From NCBI GenBank assembly GCA_035495615.1, contig DATJFP010000047.1, positions 4,106 to 68,105 of the forward strand: 64,000 nucleotides of DNA. The letters are read 5' to 3'. Source of the stretch: Verrucomicrobiia bacterium (GTDB taxonomy: Bacteria; Omnitrophota; Omnitrophia; Omnitrophales; Aquincolibacteriaceae). The notes beneath the pieces are model-generated. The model ran no database searches. It saw only the letters and a list, made by a program, of their open reading frames with translations, and was not told the origin of the DNA. Position numbers and translations under genes: made by a program. Shown here in pieces: positions 22,410 to 31,792 of the stretch (positions within the stretch are counted from its first letter, which is position 1; the number at the start of each line of letters is the position of its first letter).

Positions 22410-23470
22410 GCCGAAAACTCTTTCCTGAAGCGGCGGGAGCCGTCTGTCTTGCTCTCCTTGTTTTCCTGGGCCCGGCCTGTTCGCGCCGGAAACCTCCCGC
22501 GGATACAGGCGCGGGGAAAAGCGCTGCGGAAAGCCAGCGCAGCGCGGCCGCGCCGGACGCCGACAAGGAAATCGCCGGCGAAATTTTCGGGGTCCCCGTT
22601 CCCGCCGGAAATTACTATTTTGCCAAGCAGGTGCACAGCACTTTCCAGGGGCCCGGGGAGAAGGAAATGACCCCGGAGCAGAAAGAAAAATTTATCTGGC
22701 ACAACCTCATTCTTCATTATGAGGCAACCCGGCGCGGCATCGCGCCCACAGCCGATGAAATGAAGCAGTGGATCGACAGCGTTTTCCAGGCGCTCGACCT
22801 GAAAATAAAACCTTCCGAAAATTCGGCCGCGTATAAAAGCTGGGTTGAAACGACGTTGAAATCGAACGTCGAATTTTTTGAAAACCAAATGCGTTATCTG
22901 GCGACGATCGAGAAGCTGCGGCGGGAAGTCGTTCCGGACATGACCGTGCAAGTCAGCGACGAAGAGATCCGGAAAGAATTCTCGAACGTGGAAAACCACG
23001 TCGGAGGGGAATACCTCCTCTTCGATAAGAAGGAAGAGGCGCAGGCTTTTTACGAAGCGCACCAGTCTGAAAAGGAATGGGAAGCCTATAAGAAAGATCA
23101 TGCGGACGCGATCCGGCCTTTTGCCCTCATCACCGAGCAGGCCATCATCGATTTGTGGGGCGTGCCTCAGGAGCAGATCGACGCTTTCCACGCATTGCCG
23201 CTGGGAACGGTCGGGGAACCGCTGCCTTTCGGGCAAAAGTGGGGTGTTTTCCGTCTTTTGCAAAAACGCGAGGCCGACCCGTCCAAGCTCGACGACAAAC
23301 TGAAGGAAGATTACCGCAAGCGCGTTGAAATGAAAAAGAAGTTTGCGGCGCGCGACGAATGGCTCGAGCACATCGACGAACGCGCGAATCTGAAAGTTTA
23401 TCTGAAACCCCAGGCCGCTGAGGCGGCGCAAAACTCCGCTGCCGCACCTTCCGCGGGAACCGCCTCCTGA
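22406..23470 (+). CDS. Putative lipoprotein, possibly chaperone-like (354 aa)
   Basis: Signal plus lipobox LVFLGPAC|S. Charged helical protein. Last gene of the string before a 58-75-nt gap. Confidence 0.5.
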   Translation: MSRKLFPEAAGAVCLALLVFLGPACSRRKPPADTGAGKSAAESQRSAAAPDADKEIAGEIFGVPVPAGNYYFAKQVHSTFQGPGEKEMTPEQKEKFIWHNLILHYEATRRGIAPTADEMKQWIDSVFQALDLKIKPSENSAAYKSWVETTLKSNVEFFENQMRYLATIEKLRREVVPDMTVQVSDEEIRKEFSNVENHVGGEYLLFDKKEEAQAFYEAHQSEKEWEAYKKDHADAIRPFALITEQAIIDLWGVPQEQIDAFHALPLGTVGEPLPFGQKWGVFRLLQKREADPSKLDDKLKEDYRKRVEMKKKFAARDEWLEHIDERANLKVYLKPQAAEAAQNSAAAPSAGTAS

Positions 23471-23545
23471 TCCCGCACGGCGGCAGAGATCCCGGCGAAG
23501 TAACGTCCTTGTTTCCCGAGGGCGATTTTGCTACAATTCCGCGCT

Positions 23546-24469
23546 ATGCCTTCTAAACCGCTGACATTCCAAGAGTTAATTCAAAAGCTGAACGAATTCT
23601 GGGGCAAAAAAGGCTGCCTTATTGCCCAGCCCTACGACCTGGAAGTGGGCGCCGGCACGTTTTCTCCGCATACCTTTTTGAGGGCGCTCGGCCCCGAGCC
23701 CTGGAATGCCGCTTACGTCGAGCCTTCGCGCCGCCCGACCGACGGCCGTTACGGCGAGAACCCTCACCGCACGCAGCACTACTATCAATATCAGGTCATC
23801 CTGAAACCCGCGCCGCAGAATTCTCAGGAGCTGTATCTCGAAAGCCTGAAGGCCGTGGGCATTGACCCGCTTTCCAACGACATCCGTTTTGTGGAAGACG
23901 ACTGGGAATCACCGACGCTCGGCGCCTGGGGCCTGGGCTGGGAAGTGTGGCTGAACAGCCAGGAAATCACGCAGTTCACGTATTTCCAGCAATGCGGCTC
24001 GATCGACCTCGACGTCATTTCCACCGAAATCACGTACGGCCTCGAACGCATCGCCATGTTCCTGCAGAAAAAACATTCCATGTTCGACATCGAATGGGTG
24101 GAAGGCGTGACCTACGGCGACGTGCATCACCAGGGCGAGCGCGAATTTTCCAAATTCAATTTCGAGGCGTCGAACCCCGAGATGCTGAAGCGCCACTTCG
24201 AAGATTACGAAGCGCAGGCCAAACGCCTCATCGAGGAGAAGCTCGTGCTGCCGGCCTACGACGCCTGCCTCAAGACCTCGCATTATTTTAATATGCTCGA
24301 TGCCCGAGGCGCCGTGAGCGTGAACGAACGCCCGCGCTACATCGGCCGCGTCCGCGCGATCGCACGCGCCTGCGCCCAGGGATTTTTGGAAAGCCGCGAA
24401 GCGCTCGGATTTCCGATGGTGAAAAAAGCCAAGTCCAAGGCCGCCAAAAGCGCCAAGAAAAAGAAATAA
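23546..24469 (+). CDS. glyQ: Glycine--tRNA ligase alpha subunit
   Basis: Colinear with E. coli GlyQ ([52 protein letters not shown]). An alternative TTG start at 23528 is possible. Confidence 0.9.
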   Translation: MPSKPLTFQELIQKLNEFWGKKGCLIAQPYDLEVGAGTFSPHTFLRALGPEPWNAAYVEPSRRPTDGRYGENPHRTQHYYQYQVILKPAPQNSQELYLESLKAVGIDPLSNDIRFVEDDWESPTLGAWGLGWEVWLNSQEITQFTYFQQCGSIDLDVISTEITYGLERIAMFLQKKHSMFDIEWVEGVTYGDVHHQGEREFSKFNFEASNPEMLKRHFEDYEAQAKRLIEEKLVLPAYDACLKTSHYFNMLDARGAVSVNERPRYIGRVRAIARACAQGFLESREALGFPMVKKAKSKAAKSAKKKK

Positions 24470-24470
24470 C

Positions 24471-26579
24471 ATGGCCAACCTTCTCGTAGAACTCGGAACT
24501 GAAGAACTGCCGTCCGGCGTGCTGGACGTTGTGTATGCCGAGCTTCCGGTGAAAGCCGCGGAAGCGCTGAAGACGGCGCGCCTTTCCTATGAAGACCTCA
24601 AGGTCGAAGCCACGCCGCGCCGCATCGCGCTTTTCGTGAGCGGCCTCGCCGTACGCCAGGCGGACGAGAAAGTCGAAATCTCAGGGCCCTCGCTGGAGAA
24701 GGCCTATGCCGCGGACGGGAAACCCACGCCGGCCCTCGAAGGATTTTTAAAAAGCAAAGGAGCGGCGGTGAATGATCTCACCGTGAAAGAAACGCCGCGC
24801 GGCAAATTCGTGGTGCTCCTGCGCGAAAATAAAGGCCGCGCCGCGGACAAAGTCCTGCCGGAACTCCTGCAGGCGCTTTTCGGCTCGGTTACGTTTCCGA
24901 AGAACATGCGCTGGGAACCCACGGGCTTCCGTTTTCCGCGTCCGGCCCGCTGGCTTGTCACACTCCTGGATAAAAAGCCGCTCGCCTTTACCTTCGCCGG
25001 GCTCAAAGCATCGAACCAATCCTATGGGCATCGTTTCCTGGCGCCCAAGGCTTTCCGCATTCCCTCGGCCGATTGGGATATCTATAAGAAGCTGCTCAAA
25101 AAGGCGCATGTCGCCCTGGATCTGGCGGAACGCAAGGCCATCATCGCCAAAGGCCTGAAGACCAAGTTCCAACAGGCTTCGTTCGACGAAGAGCTTTTGC
25201 ACACGACGGCGCAGCTCGTGGAAGAACCCGAGCTTCTGCAGGGCAGTTTCTCGAAAGATTATCTCCAGCTTCCCAAAGAAGTGCTGGCCAGCTGCATGAA
25301 AAAGAACCAGAAGATTTTCGCCTGTTACGATTCCAAAGGCGCGCTCACCGGAAAATTCGTCGCGGTGCTGAACGGCCGCAAGAGCAACGTCACGGGCATC
25401 CGCGCGGGTTATGAGAATGTCCTGGAATCCCGGTTGAAGGACGCGAAATATTTTTATACCGCGGACACGAAAGAAAAGCTGGAAGCGAAGCTTCCGAAGC
25501 TCGAGCAGGTGACGTATCTCGGCAAGCTGGGTAACATGCGCCAGAAAACCGAACGCATGGAGAAGCTCGCGGAAAAAATTGCGGCGCTCGCGCATAAGCC
25601 CGAGCTGACCGAATCGGTGCGCCGCGCGGCCCGGCTTTCCAAAGTCGATCTCATGACGCATCTTGTTTACGAATTCCCGGACCTCCAGGGCACCGTGGGC
25701 CGCGAATACGCGCTGGCGTCCGGCGAATCTCAGGACGTTGCGAAGGCCATCGCTTCGCATTATCTTCCCAAAAGCCTGACGCAGGACTACGCGGCGCTCG
25801 GCAAAGAAGGCGATCTCGTCGGCGGTCTTGTCGGCATCATCGACCGTATCGATCTTCTCGTCGGCGCGTTCGGTACCGGCCTCCAGCCGACCGGCAGCCA
25901 GGACCCGTTTGCTCTTCGCCGCGCGGGCGGCGCGGTCGTAAAGACGATCCGTGCATGGAACATTTCCTTTTCGGTGGCGGACCTCATGCGCGAAGCCGCC
26001 GCGCTGTACGGCAATGCGCTGACGGTGCCGGCCGCGGAGCTCGCCGACAAGCTCATGAAGTTCTTCGAGGAACGCGTGATTTTCGAATTACAGCTGAAGC
26101 CGGGGACACGGCCGCATGAAATTTTCAGCGCGGTGTGGCAGTCGCGTCACGACAATTTCGCGGATGTTCTGGAACGGTTCCAGCAGCTAAGCGCGCTGTT
26201 CGAGCGCGAGCCGGAGAATTTTATCAGGGCCGGCAAGGTCGTCGAACGCACGAGCAACATCGTGAAAGGCATGAAGGGCGCGGGGGAGAAGAGCATCAAT
26301 CCGGAGCTTTTGAAGGAACCCCTGGAGAAGAAGCTGTTCGAGCTGCTGGAGAAGGAATCCGGTGAGATCGATAAACGCCTGGACCAGCGGCATTTCGAGG
26401 ACGCCACCCGCCTTTTCGGAAAGGTTTTTTATGGGCCCATCCATGACTTTTTTGAACAAGTCATGGTGAACGTTGAAGATACGAATATCCGCGAAAACCG
26501 CCAGGCTTTGATGAAGCGCATCAACCACCTCTACACGAAGAAACTGGCCGATCTTTCCATGCTGTCCCGGCTGGACTGA
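24471..26579 (+). CDS. glyS: Glycine--tRNA ligase beta subunit
   Basis: Starts 2 nt after the glyQ stop. 702-aa GlyS architecture. Confidence 0.9.
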   Translation: MANLLVELGTEELPSGVLDVVYAELPVKAAEALKTARLSYEDLKVEATPRRIALFVSGLAVRQADEKVEISGPSLEKAYAADGKPTPALEGFLKSKGAAVNDLTVKETPRGKFVVLLRENKGRAADKVLPELLQALFGSVTFPKNMRWEPTGFRFPRPARWLVTLLDKKPLAFTFAGLKASNQSYGHRFLAPKAFRIPSADWDIYKKLLKKAHVALDLAERKAIIAKGLKTKFQQASFDEELLHTTAQLVEEPELLQGSFSKDYLQLPKEVLASCMKKNQKIFACYDSKGALTGKFVAVLNGRKSNVTGIRAGYENVLESRLKDAKYFYTADTKEKLEAKLPKLEQVTYLGKLGNMRQKTERMEKLAEKIAALAHKPELTESVRRAARLSKVDLMTHLVYEFPDLQGTVGREYALASGESQDVAKAIASHYLPKSLTQDYAALGKEGDLVGGLVGIIDRIDLLVGAFGTGLQPTGSQDPFALRRAGGAVVKTIRAWNISFSVADLMREAAALYGNALTVPAAELADKLMKFFEERVIFELQLKPGTRPHEIFSAVWQSRHDNFADVLERFQQLSALFEREPENFIRAGKVVERTSNIVKGMKGAGEKSINPELLKEPLEKKLFELLEKESGEIDKRLDQRHFEDATRLFGKVFYGPIHDFFEQVMVNVEDTNIRENRQALMKRINHLYTKKLADLSMLSRLD

Positions 26580-26581
26580 TA

Positions 26582-26590
26582 TGCTATAAT
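26582..26590 (+). promoter_or_regulatory. Extended -10 promoter element TGcTATAAT upstream of ppdK (weak -35)
   Basis: TGCTATAAT at 26582-26590, directly after the glyS stop. About 130-nt leader with AAGGAG/TAAGGA RBS before ATG 26718. Confidence 0.45.
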
Positions 26591-26717
26591 CCCGAATCCC
26601 TGAAGCGAGTGTCCCCGGGCATAAGCCCTCCTGGCCGAGTTTCAGCTCCCTGAACGATCAAATCGAACTTATGCAGGTTCTTTTTTTGTACAAACTAACT
26701 AAGGAGAAACTAAGGAA

Positions 26718-29402
26718 ATGAAGACCATGACGAAAAGCAAAGGGAAGAAGAGTTCCGGTAAGAAGACGAAATTCGTGTATTTCTTCGGCAACGGAAAGGC
26801 CGAAGGCGACGCGAAAATGAAGAACCTTCTCGGCGGCAAGGGCGCGAACCTGGCCGAGATGACCAACATCGGAATTCCCGTTCCCGCCGGCTTCACGATC
26901 ACGACCGAAAGCTGCGCGATGTACTACGAGAACAACAAGAAGTGGCCCGCCGGTCTCGAAGAGCAGATCAAGGCCAACATCACGCGGCTCGAGCAGACGA
27001 TGGGCGCGAAGTTCGGCGACCGCAACAATCCGCTGCTCGTTTCCGTGCGCTCCGGCGCCGCGGCCTCCATGCCGGGCATGATGGACACGGTCCTCAACCT
27101 CGGCATCAACCCTGAAGTCGTTCAGGGCCTCATCATCAAGACCGAGAATGAACGCTTCGCGTGGGACGCTTACCGCCGCTTCATGCAGATGTTCGGCAAC
27201 GTCGTCATGGGCGTCGAACATCACCTCTTCGAGCACGTGCTCGAAGAAATCAAGAGCCAGCGCGGCGTCAAGCACGACACCGACCTCACGGCCAATGACC
27301 TCAAGGAAGTCGTGAAGGATTACCAGGAAGTTTACCGCAAGGTGACGGGCGAAGATTTCCCGGTCGATCCGTACGATCAGCTGAAGAAGTCGATCAACGC
27401 CGTGTTCCAGTCGTGGAACAACCCGCGCGCGGTGCGTTACCGCCAGCTCAACGAAATCTTCGGGCTTCTCGGCACGGGCGTGAACGTCCAGTCGATGGTG
27501 TTCGGCAACATGGGAAACACTTCCGGCACGGGCGTGTGCTTCACGCGCAACCCGTCGACGGGCGAGAACAAGTTCTACGGCGAATTCCTCGTGAACGCGC
27601 AGGGCGAAGACGTCGTGGCCGGTATCCGCACCCCGGAACCTCTCGACCAGATGGCCAAGACGTGGCCCAACATTTACAAGCAGCTCGTGGCGGTTCGCGC
27701 GAAGCTGGAAAATCATTACCGGGATATGCAGGACATCGAATTCACGATTCAGGAAGGCAAGCTGTTCCTCCTGCAGACGCGTAACGGTAAAAGGACTGCC
27801 GCCGCTGCCGTTCGCACCGCGGTGGAAATGGTGAAGGAAGGCCATATCACGGAAGACCAGGCCATCCTGCGCGTCGATCCGAAGGTGCTCGACCAGCTCC
27901 TGCACCCGATGTTCGATCCCAAGCAGTCCCGCAAGAAAATCGTGAAGGGCCTCCCGGCTTCCCCGGGCGCGGCCACGGGCCGTGTCGTCTTCAATGCGGA
28001 AGACGCCGAAGCCTGGGCGGCAAAGGGTGACAAGGTCATTCTCGTCCGCATCGAAACCTCGCCGGAAGACATCGGCGGCATGCACGCCTCCAAGGGCATT
28101 CTGACGGCCCGCGGCGGTATGACGTCCCACGCGGCCGTTGTCGCGCGCGGGATGGGCAAGTGCTGCGTTGCCGGCGCCGGTGACATGCAGATCGATTACA
28201 AAGCGAAGCAGTTCCATGTCGGTTCCGTTACGGTGAAGGAAGGCGACTGGATTTCGTTGGACGGCAGCCTCGGCGAAGTTTATACCGGCAAGCTCGACAC
28301 GGTCGAAGCCGAGCTCTCCGGCGATTTCGCGAAGCTCATGAAGTGGGCCGATTCGGCGCGCCGTCTGAAAGTGCGCACGAACGCGGACACACCGCTTGAC
28401 GCGAAGGTGGCCATCAAGTTCGGCGCCCAGGGCATCGGCCTTTGCCGCACCGAGCACATGTTCTTCGAAGGCGACAGGATCATCGCGGTCCGTGAGATGA
28501 TTCTCTCGGACACGACCGAAGGCCGTGAGAAGGCGCTCGCGAAGCTCCTTCCCATGCAGCGCCAGGACTTCGAAGGCATCTTCAAGGCCATGGACGGCCT
28601 TGCGGTGACGATCCGCCTCCTGGATCCGCCGCTCCATGAGTTCCTCCCGCACGAAGACGAAAACCAGAAGGAAATGGCGAAGGTCATGAACATTTCCCTG
28701 GAAACCGTGAAGCGCAAAGTCGCCGCCCTGCATGAATTCAATCCCATGCTCGGCCACCGCGGCTGCCGCCTCGCGATCAGCTATCCGGAAATCGGCAAGA
28801 TGCAGGCGCGCGCCATCATGGAAGCGGCTTGCAACGTGAAGAAGCAGGGGGTCAAGGTGCTTCCCGAGATCATGATCCCGCTCGTCGGCTTCCAGAAGGA
28901 ATTCGATATCCAGAAGAAGGACATCGAGGAAGTCGTGCAGAATGTCTTCGCGGAAAAGAAGATGAAACTCCCGTACATGATCGGCACCATGATCGAAATT
29001 CCCCGTGCCGCCGTCACTGCGGATAAAATCGCGTCGACCGCCCAGTTCTTCTCCTTCGGGACGAACGACCTCACTCAGATGTCCCTGGGCTTTTCGCGCG
29101 ACGACTCCGGCTCGTTCCTGGGCACCTACCTCGAGAAGGGCGTCTTTGAAAAAGATCCCTTCCAGAGCCTCGACCAGGAAGGCGTTGGATATTTAGTTCA
29201 ACTTGGAGTCGAGAAAGGCCGTAAAACTAGGGCTGATCTGAAAGTCGGTATCTGCGGCGAACATGGCGGCGACCCCGCTTCGGTGGAATTTTGCCACCGT
29301 GTGGGCATGGATTATGTCAGCTGCTCGCCGTATCGCGTTCCGATCGCCCGCCTGGCTGCTGCTCAGGCTGCGGTCCGCGACAAGCAGAAAAAGAAAAAGT
29401 AA
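26718..29402 (+). CDS. ppdK: Pyruvate, phosphate dikinase
   Basis: 894 aa. PEP-utilising enzyme blocks, catalytic His region [16 protein letters not shown], and C-terminal PEP-binding domain ([19 protein letters not shown]). Confidence 0.9.
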   Translation: MKTMTKSKGKKSSGKKTKFVYFFGNGKAEGDAKMKNLLGGKGANLAEMTNIGIPVPAGFTITTESCAMYYENNKKWPAGLEEQIKANITRLEQTMGAKFGDRNNPLLVSVRSGAAASMPGMMDTVLNLGINPEVVQGLIIKTENERFAWDAYRRFMQMFGNVVMGVEHHLFEHVLEEIKSQRGVKHDTDLTANDLKEVVKDYQEVYRKVTGEDFPVDPYDQLKKSINAVFQSWNNPRAVRYRQLNEIFGLLGTGVNVQSMVFGNMGNTSGTGVCFTRNPSTGENKFYGEFLVNAQGEDVVAGIRTPEPLDQMAKTWPNIYKQLVAVRAKLENHYRDMQDIEFTIQEGKLFLLQTRNGKRTAAAAVRTAVEMVKEGHITEDQAILRVDPKVLDQLLHPMFDPKQSRKKIVKGLPASPGAATGRVVFNAEDAEAWAAKGDKVILVRIETSPEDIGGMHASKGILTARGGMTSHAAVVARGMGKCCVAGAGDMQIDYKAKQFHVGSVTVKEGDWISLDGSLGEVYTGKLDTVEAELSGDFAKLMKWADSARRLKVRTNADTPLDAKVAIKFGAQGIGLCRTEHMFFEGDRIIAVREMILSDTTEGREKALAKLLPMQRQDFEGIFKAMDGLAVTIRLLDPPLHEFLPHEDENQKEMAKVMNISLETVKRKVAALHEFNPMLGHRGCRLAISYPEIGKMQARAIMEAACNVKKQGVKVLPEIMIPLVGFQKEFDIQKKDIEEVVQNVFAEKKMKLPYMIGTMIEIPRAAVTADKIASTAQFFSFGTNDLTQMSLGFSRDDSGSFLGTYLEKGVFEKDPFQSLDQEGVGYLVQLGVEKGRKTRADLKVGICGEHGGDPASVEFCHRVGMDYVSCSPYRVPIARLAAAQAAVRDKQKKKK

Positions 29403-29404
29403 GG

Positions 29405-29461
29405 CGGGTTTTTTCTTCCCGTTTTTTCTAACCTCCCGCCCCGGCCCAAAACCGGGGCGGG
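29405..29461 (+). terminator. Possible terminator/attenuator after ppdK: short hairpin plus T6 (29405-29427) followed by a perfect 10-bp GC stem-loop (29435-29461)
   Basis: CGGG-ttttttctt-CCCG followed by TTTTTT. Then CCCGCCCCGG-cccaaaa-CCGGGGCGGG. Confidence 0.4.
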
Positions 29462-29483
29462 GTCTTACCGCAATGTTGGTGTT

Positions 29484-30641
29484 ATGAAGGGAAAGAAAAA
29501 GAAAAAAAGGCTGGCCCGGGCTCCTCACCGCAAAACCGTGAAAGAGCCCCGAAAAAAGGGCCGGCCCGCGGCCGCGGTCAAACCGCCCAAGCCGCTCAAA
29601 GTGCCTGCCCCCGTTGCCCAAAAACCCGAGAAAAAACCCCACGACAAAAAAGAAAAGCACGAAGGGCCGCTGACCAGGGAAACACGCGACCTTTTGAAGA
29701 ACGAGGCCTCGCTCGAGGCCCCCATGGACCGCCGCCGGCGCGGGGACAGAGATGAAGAAGGGGGCGAAACGCGCTCCGAAGATGCCTCCGAGCAAACGCT
29801 CGACCGCACGGCCATGAAGATCTATCTTTCCCAGATCGAGAACATCCCGCTGCTGACGCCCGAACAGGAAATCTCCCTCGCGGAAAAGATCCAGGCGAGC
29901 GGCAGCGAATCCAGCGCCGCGCGCGAGAACATGATCCGTTCGAACCTGCGTCTGGTCATCTCCATTGCCAAGCGTTACAGCAACATGGGGCTTTCGTTCT
30001 CGGACCTTGTGGAAGAAGGCAACATCGGCCTCATGCGCGCGGTCGAAAAATTCAATCCGGCGCGCGGCTACCGTTTCTCGACTTACGCATCGTGGTGGAT
30101 CAAGCAGGCCATCATGCGTGCCTTGTCCAACCAGGGCAAGACGATCCGCATTCCCGTTTACATGTACGATATCATTTCCAAGTGGCGGCGCGTGCGCGAT
30201 GGCCTCATGCAGAAGCTTTCACGCGTTCCGACGCGCAAGGAAATCGCGAAGATCATGCAGGTGCCGGTGCAGAAGATCAAAGAGATCGAGAATATCGCCG
30301 GCCGCCCGAGTTCCTTGAACGCGCCCGTCAGCCTGGACGGCACCGCAGAGCTGATCGACCTCATCGAAGACGACGTGGCCCATTCCCCGGATGCGCGCAT
30401 GGGCGAACTTTTGAAGAGCGAGAGAATCAAGGACCTGCTCCAGCGCCTGGACGAACGCGAGCGCCGCATCCTGGTTCTGCGCTTCGGACTGGAAAGCGAC
30501 GATCCGAAGACCCTCGAAGAAGTGGCGCAGGTGTTCGGCATCACGCGCGAGCGCGTCCGCCAGATCGAGGCCGCAGCCCTGAAAAAAATCCGCGCTTTCC
30601 TCGTAACCGAGCAAGACCGCCTCGAAGACTACCTGAGCTGA
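29484..30641 (+). CDS. RNA polymerase sigma-70 family factor (regions 1.2, 2, 3, 4) with a Lys/Pro-rich N-terminal extension
   Basis: [19 protein letters not shown] (region 1.2). [37 protein letters not shown] (region 2). C-terminal region 4 HTH ([19 protein letters not shown]). Confidence 0.8.
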   Translation: MKGKKKKKRLARAPHRKTVKEPRKKGRPAAAVKPPKPLKVPAPVAQKPEKKPHDKKEKHEGPLTRETRDLLKNEASLEAPMDRRRRGDRDEEGGETRSEDASEQTLDRTAMKIYLSQIENIPLLTPEQEISLAEKIQASGSESSAARENMIRSNLRLVISIAKRYSNMGLSFSDLVEEGNIGLMRAVEKFNPARGYRFSTYASWWIKQAIMRALSNQGKTIRIPVYMYDIISKWRRVRDGLMQKLSRVPTRKEIAKIMQVPVQKIKEIENIAGRPSSLNAPVSLDGTAELIDLIEDDVAHSPDARMGELLKSERIKDLLQRLDERERRILVLRFGLESDDPKTLEEVAQVFGITRERVRQIEAAALKKIRAFLVTEQDRLEDYLS

Positions 30642-30644
30642 TCC

Positions 30645-31181
30645 ATGGACCGTCCGTCCGTTGATCTGAGCGTCCTCAAAGAAACCATTCGCGACGTCCC
30701 TGACTTTCCCCAAAAAGGCATCGTCTTCAAAGACATCACGCCGCTTTTGCAGCGTCCGGACACCTTCGCTTTCGTGATCGATTCCCTTGCGGGGGCCCTG
30801 TTGGGCCTGGACATCGACGTGATCATGGGGATCGAGTCCCGCGGTTTTATTTTGAGTCCTGCGCTTTCCTACAAGATCAACGCCGGATTCGTGCCGGTCC
30901 GGAAAAAAGGAAAGCTGCCCTGGCGCACCCATCAGATGTCGTACACCCTGGAATACGGCGAAGGCATTCTGGAAATGCACCAGGACGCGATCAAGCCCGG
31001 CATGCGGGTCGCGTTGGTCGACGATCTCCTCGCGACAGGGGGGACCGGCGAAGCCGCCGCGAAGCTGGCTGAAAAAATGGGCGCGCGCATCGAGAAAATC
31101 CTTTTTCTCGTCGAGCTCGGCTTTCTCAAAGGCCGTGAGCGACTTTCCCGCTATGACGTTTTTTCCCTCATTCAATACTGA
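30645..31181 (+). CDS. apt: Adenine phosphoribosyltransferase
   Basis: 178 aa. PRPP motif VALVDDLLATGGT. N-terminal FPQKGIVFKDITPLL. Confidence 0.85.
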   Translation: MDRPSVDLSVLKETIRDVPDFPQKGIVFKDITPLLQRPDTFAFVIDSLAGALLGLDIDVIMGIESRGFILSPALSYKINAGFVPVRKKGKLPWRTHQMSYTLEYGEGILEMHQDAIKPGMRVALVDDLLATGGTGEAAAKLAEKMGARIEKILFLVELGFLKGRERLSRYDVFSLIQY

Positions 31182-31197
31182 TTTTAGAAGGAGGCCC

Positions 31198-31206
31198 TGT
31201 TATAAT
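31198..31206 (+). promoter_or_regulatory. Candidate extended -10 (TGtTATAAT) for tRNA-Arg transcription
   Basis: TGTTATAAT at 31198-31206, 23 nt upstream of the mature tRNA 5' end. Weak -35 (CTGATT). Confidence 0.4.
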
Positions 31207-31228
31207 GGCCCGCCTTCATCACTCTTAT

Positions 31229-31302
31229 GCCCCGATAGCTCAATTGGATAGAGCGGCGCCGTCCTAAGGCGAAGGTTGCATGTTCGATTCATGCTCGGGG
31301 CA
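31229..31302 (+). tRNA. tRNA-Arg (anticodon CCT), CCA not encoded
   Basis: Folded manually. Acceptor GCCCCGA/TCGGGGC. D arm GCTC-AATTGGATA-GAGC. Anticodon stem GCGCC/GGCGA with loop GTCCTAA (U33 then CCT). Variable loop AGGTT. T arm GCATG-TTCGATT-CATGC. Discriminator A. Confidence 0.85.
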
Positions 31303-31315
31303 TAAAATTTTTACC

Positions 31316-31331
31316 GCTCCGAGCATGAATC
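31316..31331. repeat. Inverted copy (15/16 nt) of the tRNA-Arg 3' end (T-arm/acceptor, 31286-31301) located 14 nt downstream of the tRNA
   Basis: gctccgagcatgaatc is the reverse complement of gattcatgctcggggc with one mismatch. Together they can form a long hairpin with an AT-rich loop. Confidence 0.6.
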
Positions 31332-31492
31332 AATCGCCGCGCGACGAAGAAGTCGCGCATGCTTGGCGATGGGCGCGAGACGGTGAGCGCCCTTAATTCA
31401 GATGCTTTTAACAATGCGCGACGTCTAGGAGCGCCGAGCTCCTTGCCGAGGACGGGCGGTCACCGGAGGCGAGCGAAGCGAGCCGCAGGGAC

Positions 31493-31502
31493 CGATTCAT
31501 GC
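31493..31502. repeat. Direct 10-nt copy (cgattcatgc) of the tRNA-Arg T-arm segment 31285-31294, about 200 nt downstream
   Basis: Exact 10-mer match inside a low-GC non-coding spacer. An att-like direct repeat is possible, but no integrase is present. Confidence 0.4.
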
Positions 31503-31733
31503 GGTGGTGAAGCTCGCAGAAATTTCTAGCATAGATTGTTTGTGGGTGTAACGCTATTTGCAGTAATGACTTGCGACCATAACGTCCACTTCAACCATTC
31601 CCACCTCACCCAAAATTCCTACTTAAGATATCCCCGGAGATGCCGTTTTTCAGGATACGGCGTGTCTGCCGCAGGCCTCTGTTGGGCCAAAGCTCACATT
31701 CATAACGTCACGGTAAAACCGAAGGCCATACGC

Positions 31734-31762
31734 TTGACTCATTTCGGGCAAAATGTTAATTT
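31734..31762 (+). promoter_or_regulatory. Sigma-70-like promoter for the giant coiled-coil gene: -35 TTGACT, 17-bp spacer (31740-31756) containing the upstream TG, -10 TAATTT (31757-31762)
   Basis: TTGACT at 31734-31739. TGtTAATTT at 31754-31762. AGGGAG RBS at 31779-31784 before GTG 31793. Confidence 0.5.
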
Positions 31763-31792
31763 AACGAGTCTCACGTCCAGGGAGACCTCCCG

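Noticed and set aside
26658-28757. 699-aa minus-strand ORF
   Set aside because: Antisense to ppdK. Spurious.
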